Positions 46,696-55,306 are shown, counted from the first letter of the stretch. The stretch is 64,000 nt of DNA from an uncultured Gemmatimonadaceae bacterium (GCA_963740565.1 CAVUFA010000003.1:48137-112136), one strand, 5' to 3'. Made by a program: numbers and translations. The notes: generated from the letters alone by a model not told the origin.

Positions 46696-47697
46696 CTACT
46701 TCGATTTCTCCGGCACGCCCAGCTCATGTCTCATCGATGCCGGAACCGGCTCATCGAGCTTCCAACGGACCGTGATCGGCTTGTCACCTTCCCAGCTCAC
46801 GAACCTGAGCGGCCCCGCATAGACGAACCCCATCGTCTTGCCCGCCTGCTTCGCGGCGGCACGCACAAAGAGATGCACGCCAATGTTCAACTGCTCGTGC
46901 CCAGCTAACCGCTTACCCGCATCGCTCTCCCGCGCCGTTCGGTTCTGACTCTGCCACTGAAACGTGGAAGGGTCCAGAAACGCATCGGTGTACTTGTGCT
47001 CCTCCGCTTCTCCCCGGTCCGGCGATAGCACGTACTCGTCGTTCAATCGCTGGAACATGACGCGATGACTGGTACCGGGCTGGCCCGCGCCTTCGCCGAA
47101 CCATTTTCGTAGCACTTCGCCGAGCACGTTCGCCTCGGCGCCTTTGCGATGCATGACGTTGACAGCGACCTTGACGAAGTTCGCGAGGTACGGCTCTGCA
47201 TCCGCGGTGACGTCAACCCAGCCTTCGGGAATCCCCGCTACCCTGTCGCGCGACGGGAGAAACAGGATGGGCTGACTGCCGGCGTGAGACACTCGGCACA
47301 CAATACGAGGCGCACCGTCCACGATTCCGGTCCGCCTGATGTACTGCGCGAGTCGCCACTCGGTGATCTCGCGAACCAACGCGGCAGTCGCATCACGGAG
47401 CGCATCGGGAACATCGAGGCGCGCTGCGAACTGCCTACTTTCGTAGCTGAAGTACTTCTCGCCGGCTGTACCCCTGCCGCCGACCCACGCGGCGATGGGG
47501 TGTTCCTCCAGGAGCGCGACTAGCGCAGAATCGTCGGCCAGCGCATCCGCGAATTCAGTCCGAAGCGCAGCACTTCGCTGCACGATGGTTCGCACGCGGG
47601 CAACAAGACGCTCGATCGTGATGGAGCCGGGGAGGGAGTCTTCCGCGAGCATCGCGAGGAGCACGACCATTTTGAAGCTCGGAGTGAGCGGAGTCAC
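46696..47697 (-). pseudogene. Orphan C-terminal (wH plus partial DUF3427 target-recognition) module, a paralogous fragment of the 50800 gene
   Basis: ORF 46696..47697 begins (GTG) exactly at the repeat boundary. It matches residues about 861-1228 of ORF 50800..54486 nearly identically. The 51 aa DSQPRYWQRYTRADVPKLFGFEFKAFESQSGVVERPGLVLLFVTLDKTGKP are missing. It keeps 18 C-terminal residues (EPVPASMRHELGVPEKSK) that the full-length gene has lost. Confidence 0.7.
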
Positions 47698-47698
47698 C
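46696..47698. repeat. Direct repeat copy A (about 1.0 kb) of the 3' end of the HIT-PLD-helicase-DUF3427 gene
   Basis: It aligns by eye to 50751-51900 at roughly 95 percent identity. It lacks a 153-bp in-frame block present in copy B (51055-51207) and carries 6 extra nt near 46703. Confidence 0.9.
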
Positions 47699-47716
47699 CA
47701 ACGTGCGAACCGGAGG

Positions 47717-48517
47717 CTACCTCACGCCGAGTATCCAGCCCTCGACCGTCGCGACCATCTGCTCGCTTGGCTTTAGGCCAGGATGCAGGAAGTCCAACAG
47801 CGCACCGCTGCTGTCGGCCTGTCGCAACCACGCGGCGACGGTATAGGCGTCGTGTTGATGGTCGTTGCGATCCTCACGAGGGAAGCTCTGCTTCCATAGA
47901 GAGGGATACACCTCGACTATCGCCGACCGGCCGACGGGGATCTCCCAACCGTCGAATGGCCAGAAGTGGAGGTGTTCGCCGAGTTGTCGGCGCAGATAGC
48001 GAAGCCAGGGAATGCCGGCATGCGTGGACTTGGCGACCGAGCCTTGGCAATCGAAGTGAAAGACCGACTTTGCGGCGCCGGCGCGGAGCTCGGTGATGCG
48101 GCGCCAGCGGGAGTTGCCCTGACGCGCGGCGCCGTTTCCATGCAATCCGTCGCGCACGAAGTCGACGTACATATTGTCGTCATCCGTCGGCCAATGGCGC
48201 TGGAAGTCGTCGAGGAACGCCGGCCAGTCCGGTGGCAAGCGATGCGTCTCGAAGTAGCGCAACGGGAAAGAGAACCCGTGGTCGATGCCGACGATCGTGC
48301 GGCGTTCTTCACGTAACTGCTCCACCAGCCACTCTGCGATGCCACGCCGAGTCCAATACTTTCGGGCGCTCGGGGGCGGTGGCACTTCGGTTGGTAGCGC
48401 TGCCCGATCTGCGGCGTATACCCTGAGTCCTTTGAGGCTCGCCGTGGGCACCTGAGCGCCGGAGTAATCGATGCCGATATAACGCGCGAATCGCGGAAGG
48501 CTGCGGACGTCTGACAT
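47717..48517 (-). CDS. Hypothetical protein, possibly RNase-H-fold (DUF429-like)
   Basis: Inner ATG at 48517 (MSDVRSLPRFARYIGIDYSGAQ...TIVGIDHGFSFPLRYF...AIVEVYPSLW...HQHDAYTVAAWL). The spaced acidic motifs (IGIDYSG, GIDHGF, VEVYP, HDAY) resemble DUF429. The assignment is tentative. Confidence 0.45.
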   Translation of the reverse strand: MSDVRSLPRFARYIGIDYSGAQVPTASLKGLRVYAADRAALPTEVPPPPSARKYWTRRGIAEWLVEQLREERRTIVGIDHGFSFPLRYFETHRLPPDWPAFLDDFQRHWPTDDDNMYVDFVRDGLHGNGAARQGNSRWRRITELRAGAAKSVFHFDCQGSVAKSTHAGIPWLRYLRRQLGEHLHFWPFDGWEIPVGRSAIVEVYPSLWKQSFPREDRNDHQHDAYTVAAWLRQADSSGALLDFLHPGLKPSEQMVATVEGWILGVR

Positions 48518-48525
48518 GACCGCGA

Positions 48526-48801
48526 TCAAGAGGGGTTCGTCAGCCAACGCTTGAGATCCTCGGCGGTTGTCAGCACACGAGAACGCTCCGCGATGGACGC
48601 ATGTATCTGGAGTGGCGAATAGCCGGTGGGCATCAGGGATTCTTCGTTGACGACCCAACAATGACGCCAGTTCTTGGGTCTCCCCGACAGGACCGAGCGA
48701 GGAATCGTTCCGACGAGTCCGGCCACCGCTCCGTACGTTGCCCTTTGGTGATACTGATTCAGTGAATCGAGAATCGTATCGAGCAGAGACATTGAGACCA
48801 T
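48526..48801 (-). CDS. MGMT-family / alkyltransferase-like DNA-binding domain protein (no active-site PCHR motif)
   Basis: 91 aa. Sequence ...QRATYGAVAGLVGTIPRSVLSGRPKNWRHCWVVNEESLMPTG. The tYG.vA...G..pR.V pattern of the MGMT DNA-binding domain is present, but CWVVN stands where PCHRV is expected. Confidence 0.55.
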   Translation of the reverse strand: MVSMSLLDTILDSLNQYHQRATYGAVAGLVGTIPRSVLSGRPKNWRHCWVVNEESLMPTGYSPLQIHASIAERSRVLTTAEDLKRWLTNPS

Positions 48802-48831
48802 GGTCCGATGGAACTGTTTGTTTCGATACCG

Positions 48832-49833
48832 CTAGGACGACCTCGGCCGACGCCAGACTCCTCGTGAGCGTGAACGCCTCGGCGCTGCCGCCGGTATGCT
48901 CGTCAGCTCAATGAGGTAACGAGGCGTAAACGTGCGTTGTGTCACCGTGACCGGCCCCATCTTCGCGACGTTGAAGGCCTTTACTTGTCCTGATTCAGCT
49001 TCCAAACCATAAAGTAGAAGGTTGCCGGTTTGCGGTCGTCTGAACGAGTAAGGTTCGACAGTCCGCATTTGACCGGAATACGGGAACGATACCATGAGAC
49101 GGTTGGCGCCGGCGAACCGAATGGTTTCGATGGGAGCCCCTTCTCGCCAGAGTCTCGCGCTGGGCGCAACGACCGTTGACTCGCCACCTCGCGTTGCAAT
49201 GGGCGCCAGAGCAGGCGCCGCGATCACTGCTTCCTCGAGCCACGCCAGCGCCTCCGGCAGCCTGTCAATGAAGGTCTCGACATCGACGACTTCTGGAAGC
49301 TGATGCGCGATCATGTCCCGCCAGTCGGCCCTGATTTCCTCCGACCTCCGAATGAGCTCCACCAGCTCGTCGCGTGATGGCGCGACCAGCGACTTGCTTC
49401 GGCACTTCTCGAGCCAGATCTCGCGAGCGCGTTCGGTGTCGATCTGCTCGCCGCTGAACGCGACATACACCACGTCGTACAGATCTCTCGGGCGCGCGCG
49501 TTCAAAAAGAGCGCGAGTCTTCTCGGCGAGTAACTCTTCGAGGGTGTATGTAGAAACGCTCGTGCCAGGCGGGAGTTGATCTGGATAGGAGTGAAAGATC
49601 GGACGTGCGTCGGGCTCATCGACGATGACCTCGTGTTGGGTGATATCGAAAAGCAGGCGAGGTGAGAGAAAACACTTCTTGAGACACGTTCCGCCCTTCA
49701 GAACCCAGTTGGTCGAGATCTGGGGGTCGCCGCCATCAGCAAGCACCCACCCGAGCACGTAGTCTTTCTCGACAACAGCTGGATTCAGGCGCCATTCGCG
49801 CGCGCGGTCGACGATATCCTGCTTGGTGATCAC
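48832..49833 (-). CDS. abiEii: AbiEii/AbiGii-family nucleotidyltransferase toxin homologue with a shortened catalytic region and a C-terminal WYL-like domain
   Basis: N-terminus REWRLNPAVVEKDYVLGWVL...VLKGGTCLKKCFL and later LEELLAEKTRALFERARPRDLYDVVYV are AbiEii hallmarks. The RFSEDLDF acidic motif is replaced by SPRLLFDIT. The C-terminal 90 aa (IRFAGANRLMVSFPYSGQMRTVEPYSFRRPQTGNLLLYGLEAESGQVKAFNVAKM) follow the WYL-domain pattern. Confidence 0.7.
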   Translation of the reverse strand: MITKQDIVDRAREWRLNPAVVEKDYVLGWVLADGGDPQISTNWVLKGGTCLKKCFLSPRLLFDITQHEVIVDEPDARPIFHSYPDQLPPGTSVSTYTLEELLAEKTRALFERARPRDLYDVVYVAFSGEQIDTERAREIWLEKCRSKSLVAPSRDELVELIRRSEEIRADWRDMIAHQLPEVVDVETFIDRLPEALAWLEEAVIAAPALAPIATRGGESTVVAPSARLWREGAPIETIRFAGANRLMVSFPYSGQMRTVEPYSFRRPQTGNLLLYGLEAESGQVKAFNVAKMGPVTVTQRTFTPRYLIELTSIPAAAPRRSRSRGVWRRPRSS

Positions 49834-49839
49834 CGGATG

Positions 49840-50676
49840 TTACCGCTGATGCACGTCGGCGTTGATCCAGAGGCCCCACCGTTTCGAGAGCTTGCCGCGT
49901 GACCGAATCGCGGGATCGAGCTTGATGTAACCGGCACTCTTGCGAGACAACAGCTCGTCGATCACAACAGTTTCGCCGACGCCCATTGTTTCGAGGAGCC
50001 AGCCGAGACGTTTGGCCTGGGCGCCGCCACGAAGCCGAGGGAGCTCGCGCACGAGATCCGCGACGGATCCCTTGGAAGAGTCCAGATAATTCGTCAACGC
50101 ATCAGCCACATTACGAACTCCCCCGAGCCACGATGGATCGCGCAGCGCGTCGACGAGCGTGCGTTCGCGCGATGAGACGTGCACCCGCTCGCTGCCTCTC
50201 CAGACGGTCGTTAGGTTGGCTATTCGTACAGCTGGCACTCGCTTGATGACAAAGCGAAGTCCCAGGACTGCAACTTCGCGCGCTCTCACCGAAGCGGCGG
50301 AGACCACGAACGTCTTCGCGAAGATCTGCTCGGTGAGCCCCCAATGTTCGGCTGCGCTCCACCCACCGATGTAGCAGGGAGTGAAGAGGTGGCTCGCCAC
50401 CAGCCATGGATCGTGATGTGTGGTGGTCGCGCCGGATTCGGCTTCAAGCGGTAGAATGAAGTACTGGCCGCGTCTCAGCCGCGTCACCCAACCAGTTCGC
50501 GCGAGGTTCGACAGAAGTGCCGAAGCTCGCCCGCGCGGACGCCCAAGGGTCACTGCCGCCGTGTTTACGTCGATGATCCCGCTCGGGGCTGAGCGGGCGA
50601 GCAGGGAGAGCGTGCGTTTGGCCTCGGAGGGGAGCGGCGCTGACATTTTTTTGGTATATTCTGCGTGTAGTAACAT
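49840..50676 (-). CDS. abiEi: AbiEi-family type IV TA antitoxin / transcriptional regulator
   Basis: N-terminal wHTH (LLSNLARTGWVTRLRRGQYFILP). AbiEi_4-like C-terminus (YIGGWSAAEHWGLTEQIF...SSRERTLVDALRDPSWLGG). It lies 6 nt upstream of abiEii. Confidence 0.85.
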   Translation of the reverse strand: MLLHAEYTKKMSAPLPSEAKRTLSLLARSAPSGIIDVNTAAVTLGRPRGRASALLSNLARTGWVTRLRRGQYFILPLEAESGATTTHHDPWLVASHLFTPCYIGGWSAAEHWGLTEQIFAKTFVVSAASVRAREVAVLGLRFVIKRVPAVRIANLTTVWRGSERVHVSSRERTLVDALRDPSWLGGVRNVADALTNYLDSSKGSVADLVRELPRLRGGAQAKRLGWLLETMGVGETVVIDELLSRKSAGYIKLDPAIRSRGKLSKRWGLWINADVHQR

Positions 50677-50750
50677 CGTCGTAACACCGATTACTACACG
50701 TAAACTATACCTAGTTGCCGATGAAAACGATGGGGCCTAGGGTAATGGAG

Positions 50751-51900
50751 CTACTTCTCCGGCACGCCCAGCTCGTCTCTCATCGGCGCCGGTACCGGCT
50801 CAGTCGAGCTTCCAACGGACCGTGATCGGCTTGTCACCTTCCCAGCTCACGAACCTGAGCGGTCCCGCATAGACGAACCCCAGCGTCTTGCCCGCCTGCT
50901 TTGCAGTGGCCCGAACGAAGAGATGCACTCCAATGTTCAACTGCTCGTGCCCAGCTAACCGCTTACCCGCATCGCTCTCCCGCGCCGTTCGGTTCTGACT
51001 CTGCCACTGAAACGTGGAAGGGTCCAGAAACTCATCGGTGTATTTGTGCTCCTCAGGCTTGCCAGTCTTGTCCAGCGTGACGAATAGCAGCACGAGCCCG
51101 GGTCGCTCGACCACGCCGGATTGCGATTCGAACGCCTTGAATTCAAAGCCAAACAGCTTCGGCACGTCCGCGCGCGTGTAGCGCTGCCAATAGCGTGGCT
51201 GCGAGTCCGCTTCTCCCCGGTCCGGCGATAGTACGTACTCGTCGTTCAATCGCTGGAACATGACGCGATGACTGGTGCCTGGCTGGCCCGCGCCTTCGCC
51301 AAACCATTTTCGCAGCACATCGCCGAGCACATTCGCCTCGGCGCCTTTGCGATGCATGACGTTGACAGCGACCTTGACGAAGTTCGCGAGGTACGGCTCT
51401 CCATCCGCGGTGACGTCAACCCAGCCTTCGGGAATCCCCGCCACCCTGTCGCGCGACGGGAGAAACAGGATGGGCTGACTGCCGGCATGAGACACTCGGC
51501 ACACAATACGCGGCGCACCGTCCACAATTCCGGTCCGCCTGATGTACTGCGCGAGTCGCCACTCGGTGATCTCGCGAACCAACGCGGCAGTCGCATCACG
51601 GAGCGCATCGGGAACATCGAGGCGCGCTGCGAACTGCTTACTCTCGTAGCTGAAGTACTTCTCGCCGGCTGTACCCCTGCCGCCGACCCACGCGGCGATG
51701 GGATGTTCCTCCAGGAGCGCGACTAGCGCAGCATCGTCGGCCAGCGCATCCGCGAATTCAGTCCGAAGCGCAGCACTTCGCTGAACGATGACTCGCACGC
51801 GGGCAACAAGACGCTCGATCGGGATGGAGCCGGGGAGGGCCTCTTCCGCGAGCATCGCGAGGAGCACGACCATCTTGAAGCTCCGCGTGAGCGGAGTCAC
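50751..51900. repeat. Direct repeat copy B (3' end of the full-length gene)
   Basis: See copy A. The homology ends at ...GAGCGGAGTCACC (about 51900 in B, about 47698 in A). Confidence 0.9.
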
Positions 51901-54336
51901 CTCGAGCGATTGCAGAAACGCTCGCAGCCGCGACTCGGCGGCGTCCGCGTCGGCGTCCAAGTCTCCCATGGTGCGCACGAACTGGAACCAGGAGCCGTAA
52001 CCCTGCCGAGTCGCTCGCGGATCGTAGCCGTCGTGAAATGCTTCGGTCGCGGTTGGGCGGACACCGTTGCGGTCGCGGAAGTCCGTGTAGTACGACATGA
52101 GCGCCTGTGGCCGGTCCATGTCGCGCTGCAGAAGCGTCCGCAGTATTTCGATGGCCTCGAGATCGTAGGTGACCGAGCAGCCGGGAGGCAGGAGTTCACC
52201 AGCGCGGCCTTCGTCGACCAGCCGAAGCGCGTATGCCGTGCTCGCGGCGCTTCCGTCCAACTGAAAGAGCGTGCGCGGCTTGAGGAGAAACGACCGATGG
52301 TTGCCGATGTAGTCGATGACTTTGAGCCGCTTCCCCGAGCGATAGCGAAGCCCTCGCCCGAACTGCTGCAGCCACAGCACCGGTGACTCCGTGGGGCGCA
52401 GCATGAGGATGGTGTCGACATCAGGCAGGTCCACGCCTTCATTGAACATGTCGACCGCGAAGAGCACATCGAGCTGACCATCCTGCAACTGCTCCAGCGA
52501 ACGGGCGCGTGGATCGCTCGTGGGCCCAGAATGGACGGACGCGCACCGGAGTCCGGCACCTAGGCAGAAATCTTTCATGAAGTCCGCGTGCCGTAGCGAC
52601 ACGCAGAAAGCGAGGGTTCGCGTTCCTCCGCGTCGTCGCATCTGATCGACGGCATTCTCGGCGCGGGACTCGATCGCGAGGCTCGCCGTGAGCTCCTTCT
52701 CGTCGAAACGCCCGTTGCGCCATGGAATGTTGGTGTAGTCAACTTCGTCCGGCACACCGTAGTAGTCGAAGGGGGCGAGCAGTCCTCGGCGAATTCCTTC
52801 GACGAGATCACACCGGTACACGAGGTTCTCGCCGCAAAGCGAGAGAAGATCCGCGCCGTCGGTGCGCTCGGGCGTTGCCGTGAGGCCAAGCAGGAAGCGC
52901 GGGGTAAAGTGATCCAACAGTCGTTGATACGTCGTCGCGCTGGCGTGATGAAACTCGTCGACAACGATGTAGTCGAACGCGGTAGCGAAGAAACGCTCGA
53001 GATGCGCCCGGCGATTCAGCGTTTGAATGGACGCGAAGGTGACGTCGGCATTCGTCTCGCGGCTGGCCCCCATGTATTTGCCGAGTATGGCCTGCGGACG
53101 GATAGTGCGAAACGTGCGCATGGCCTGGTCGAGAATCTCTTCGCGATGTGCCACGAAGAGCACGCGCTCGGCGCCAAAAGCCTCGGTGTCGAAGGCGCTC
53201 AGCCAGGTTTTGCCGAGCCCCGTCGCGAGAACGACGAGACCAGCGGTGTTCCCTTGGGCACGCGTGGCCGCCAGCGCTTCGAGCGCCTCGCGTTGAACAG
53301 GGTGCGGCTCGGGGACCAGAAGCGGGGGCTCGACAGGAACGGGCAACACAATGGCCTGCATGCGCCGTCGCTTCTGGTACGCCGCTATTACGTCAGGAGT
53401 AACGCGGACGGCTCGTTCGTCAGCGAAAACGTGCTCGAACGCATCGTGGACTGTCCGAAAACCAGCGCCATCGCGGGAGGTAATCACGCGATAGTTCCAC
53501 TCGATGCCCTCACGTAGCGCAGTCTGCGTGAGGTTCGAGCTTCCGACAAACGCCGTTCCCCGTCCGTCGCCTTCGGCGCAGATGTAGCTCTTGAGGTGGA
53601 AGCTCGTTCCGTCGGCCTGGAAGAAGCGGAGGTCAAGTCCTCCACCGATGTCCAGCAAGCGACGCAGAGCGTCTGGCTCGGTACCATCGAGGTAGTCTCC
53701 CGTCACCAGTCGCACTCTTCCGCCGCGGCCGATGACGTCGCGAAGGTGTTCCTCGACGAGCTTCACGCCGCTCACCATCGTGAAGGCGACCGCAATGTCG
53801 ACATGGCTCGCGCCGGCGATGTGCGAGACCAGGTGCGGAAGAAGCGGATCGCCGGCGCCTCGGATCAGCGGTTCGCCATGAGGGGCACCGGACTTCGCGG
53901 GATCGGTCAGGTAGTTGGCGAGCGACGGGATCACGAACCGCAACCCGCCACGCGGGTCGGGGAGGTCTCCCTTATACCTCGGAATCACATGCAGATGCAC
54001 GTGGTCTATCGTCTGACCAGCAGCCGCACCTACGTTGACGCCAATGTTGTATCCGTCGGGGGTGTGCTCCTGGTCAATGATGGCTCTTAACCGCGCGACC
54101 AGCGCAAGCATTTCCTGCTGCTCGGCCGGAGAAGTGTCGAACCAGCTGCTGATATGCCGTCGCGGTATGACAAGGCCGTGACCGGGCGAGACGGGGTGCG
54201 TGTCCCAAAGAGCTCGCGAACGCTCTTCGACAAGGAGACAGGCATCATCTGAAATGGAGCAGAGGGCGCAATCGATCGGAACGTGATCGCCGAGTGAGTC
54301 ATCAGGTGTGGGCTCTCGGGAGCGCTCGGTACTCAA
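50800..54336 (-). CDS. HIT domain / PLD-family nuclease / SF2 helicase / DUF3427 fusion protein (SauUSI-like type IV modification-dependent restriction enzyme architecture plus an extra N-terminal HIT domain)
   Basis: ORF 50800..54486. HIT: CALCSI...GHGLVIPRRH...GQTIDHVHLHVIPRY. PLD: VDIAVAFTM...FHLKSYICAEGDGRGTAFVGSSNLT. Helicase motifs: LATGLGKT (I), VVDEFHH (II), GLTATPER (III), QQFGRGLR (VI). C-terminal DUF3427 region: YWQRYTRADVPKLFG...FQWQSQNRT. The likely start is the TTG at 54336, overlapping the SprT-like stop (TTGA). The in-frame ATGs at 54423 and 54486 would overlap that gene by 90-150 nt. Confidence 0.85.
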   Translation of the reverse strand: MSTERSREPTPDDSLGDHVPIDCALCSISDDACLLVEERSRALWDTHPVSPGHGLVIPRRHISSWFDTSPAEQQEMLALVARLRAIIDQEHTPDGYNIGVNVGAAAGQTIDHVHLHVIPRYKGDLPDPRGGLRFVIPSLANYLTDPAKSGAPHGEPLIRGAGDPLLPHLVSHIAGASHVDIAVAFTMVSGVKLVEEHLRDVIGRGGRVRLVTGDYLDGTEPDALRRLLDIGGGLDLRFFQADGTSFHLKSYICAEGDGRGTAFVGSSNLTQTALREGIEWNYRVITSRDGAGFRTVHDAFEHVFADERAVRVTPDVIAAYQKRRRMQAIVLPVPVEPPLLVPEPHPVQREALEALAATRAQGNTAGLVVLATGLGKTWLSAFDTEAFGAERVLFVAHREEILDQAMRTFRTIRPQAILGKYMGASRETNADVTFASIQTLNRRAHLERFFATAFDYIVVDEFHHASATTYQRLLDHFTPRFLLGLTATPERTDGADLLSLCGENLVYRCDLVEGIRRGLLAPFDYYGVPDEVDYTNIPWRNGRFDEKELTASLAIESRAENAVDQMRRRGGTRTLAFCVSLRHADFMKDFCLGAGLRCASVHSGPTSDPRARSLEQLQDGQLDVLFAVDMFNEGVDLPDVDTILMLRPTESPVLWLQQFGRGLRYRSGKRLKVIDYIGNHRSFLLKPRTLFQLDGSAASTAYALRLVDEGRAGELLPPGCSVTYDLEAIEILRTLLQRDMDRPQALMSYYTDFRDRNGVRPTATEAFHDGYDPRATRQGYGSWFQFVRTMGDLDADADAAESRLRAFLQSLEVTPLTRSFKMVVLLAMLAEEALPGSIPIERLVARVRVIVQRSAALRTEFADALADDAALVALLEEHPIAAWVGGRGTAGEKYFSYESKQFAARLDVPDALRDATAALVREITEWRLAQYIRRTGIVDGAPRIVCRVSHAGSQPILFLPSRDRVAGIPEGWVDVTADGEPYLANFVKVAVNVMHRKGAEANVLGDVLRKWFGEGAGQPGTSHRVMFQRLNDEYVLSPDRGEADSQPRYWQRYTRADVPKLFGFEFKAFESQSGVVERPGLVLLFVTLDKTGKPEEHKYTDEFLDPSTFQWQSQNRTARESDAGKRLAGHEQLNIGVHLFVRATAKQAGKTLGFVYAGPLRFVSWEGDKPITVRWKLD

Positions 54337-54905
54337 CGCGCCACCGATCCTCTGTGTGTCGCGCGCTGAGTCGGCACAGCCCGCGTTGCGACCAAACGAG
54401 TTAGGAGGCCGTTGGTCTGACATTCGGGACACAACCAGGCTGACATCACTCGTCGCGCTCGGCGGCGCCATTGGCACACCGGGCATGTGTGCACGACGGC
54501 CGGGGCAACGCTCTGTGCGCTTCTACTCTCAACACCACGTGCTGACACACCGCGCGGTGCGGCCGTCACTGTTGGCGGGTAGCCTGCTGCCCTAACGAGT
54601 GCAGCCCATTCGGGACCGTGGGCTCGCGGGGGAGCTGCACCCTTGGCGGCGGCTTGCCAAAATGCGACGACGTGCGCGGCCTCGTGGCAGAGCACTCGAA
54701 GCAAGCGGTCTCTCGAGCCGCGTCTGAGGGCGGCACTTAGGGTTACCTGTCCAGTGGAGGGAACGGCACGACCGAGCGTGCGCTGGAGGCGCGTACTGAA
54801 GTTGACTGTGAGCTCTTTGTGGAGCGTGGGCACGTGCCACCGCTCGCCCAGTCGACGAACGGCTGCATCAATCGTGGAATCCGGTGCGCGAGATCGCTGA
54901 GTCAT
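54333..54905 (-). CDS. SprT-like zinc metalloprotease domain protein with a C-terminal zinc ribbon
   Basis: 190 aa. HExxH in LLRVLCHEAAHVVAF, followed by HGPEWAALV. CxxC...CxxC (CPVCQWRRRARRVMSAWLCPEC). Its ATG overlaps the NUDIX stop (ATGA). Confidence 0.75.
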   Translation of the reverse strand: MTQRSRAPDSTIDAAVRRLGERWHVPTLHKELTVNFSTRLQRTLGRAVPSTGQVTLSAALRRGSRDRLLRVLCHEAAHVVAFWQAAAKGAAPPRAHGPEWAALVRAAGYPPTVTAAPRGVSARGVESRSAQSVAPAVVHTCPVCQWRRRARRVMSAWLCPECQTNGLLTRLVATRAVPTQRATHRGSVAR

Positions 54906-55306
54906 GCGCTTGCGGCCGCATTGTTTGAAAGCCGGAACTCGACATATCGGCGATCACTTGGGGCGAGAGGCAGCGCAAGGAGTGAATCAGGCAGCGCCCA
55001 TTTCATGTCGATGTGTTCATGACATGTCGGATTGCCCTCGATGGAGACGGGGACAAAGGCGATGAGAAATGCTGACCCAGGGTCGGCGATCGCGAACTCC
55101 TCGACGCCCACGGCGGTGACCTGGACGCCGAGTTCTTCGCGCAGTTCCCGGTACGCGGCCTCAAAGTCGCTCTCGCCGGGCTCGCACTTGCCGCCGGGGA
55201 ATTCCCAAAGGCCCCCGTGGCGTTTGTGGTGAGGGCGTTGGCAGATGAGCACCTGGTCGCCACGGCTGATGACGGCGGCGATAACGCGAACATTAGGCTC
55301 GGGCAT
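54902..55306 (-). CDS. NUDIX hydrolase (MutT-like (d)NTP pyrophosphohydrolase)
   Basis: ATG at 55306 (MPEPNVRVIAAVISRGDQVLICQR). NUDIX box GGLWEFPGGKCEPGESDFEAAYRELREELGV. Confidence 0.85.
   Translation of the reverse strand: MPEPNVRVIAAVISRGDQVLICQRPHHKRHGGLWEFPGGKCEPGESDFEAAYRELREELGVQVTAVGVEEFAIADPGSAFLIAFVPVSIEGNPTCHEHIDMKWALPDSLLALPLAPSDRRYVEFRLSNNAAASA

Noticed and set aside
54336-54486. A 50-aa N-terminal extension of the HIT-PLD-helicase ORF starting at the ATG at 54486 or 54423.
   Set aside because: It would overlap the 3' end of the SprT-like gene by 90-150 nt. The extension is low-complexity and lies before the HIT domain. A TTG overlapping the SprT stop (TTGA) gives the coupling geometry seen at the other junctions. 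The start is still not proven.
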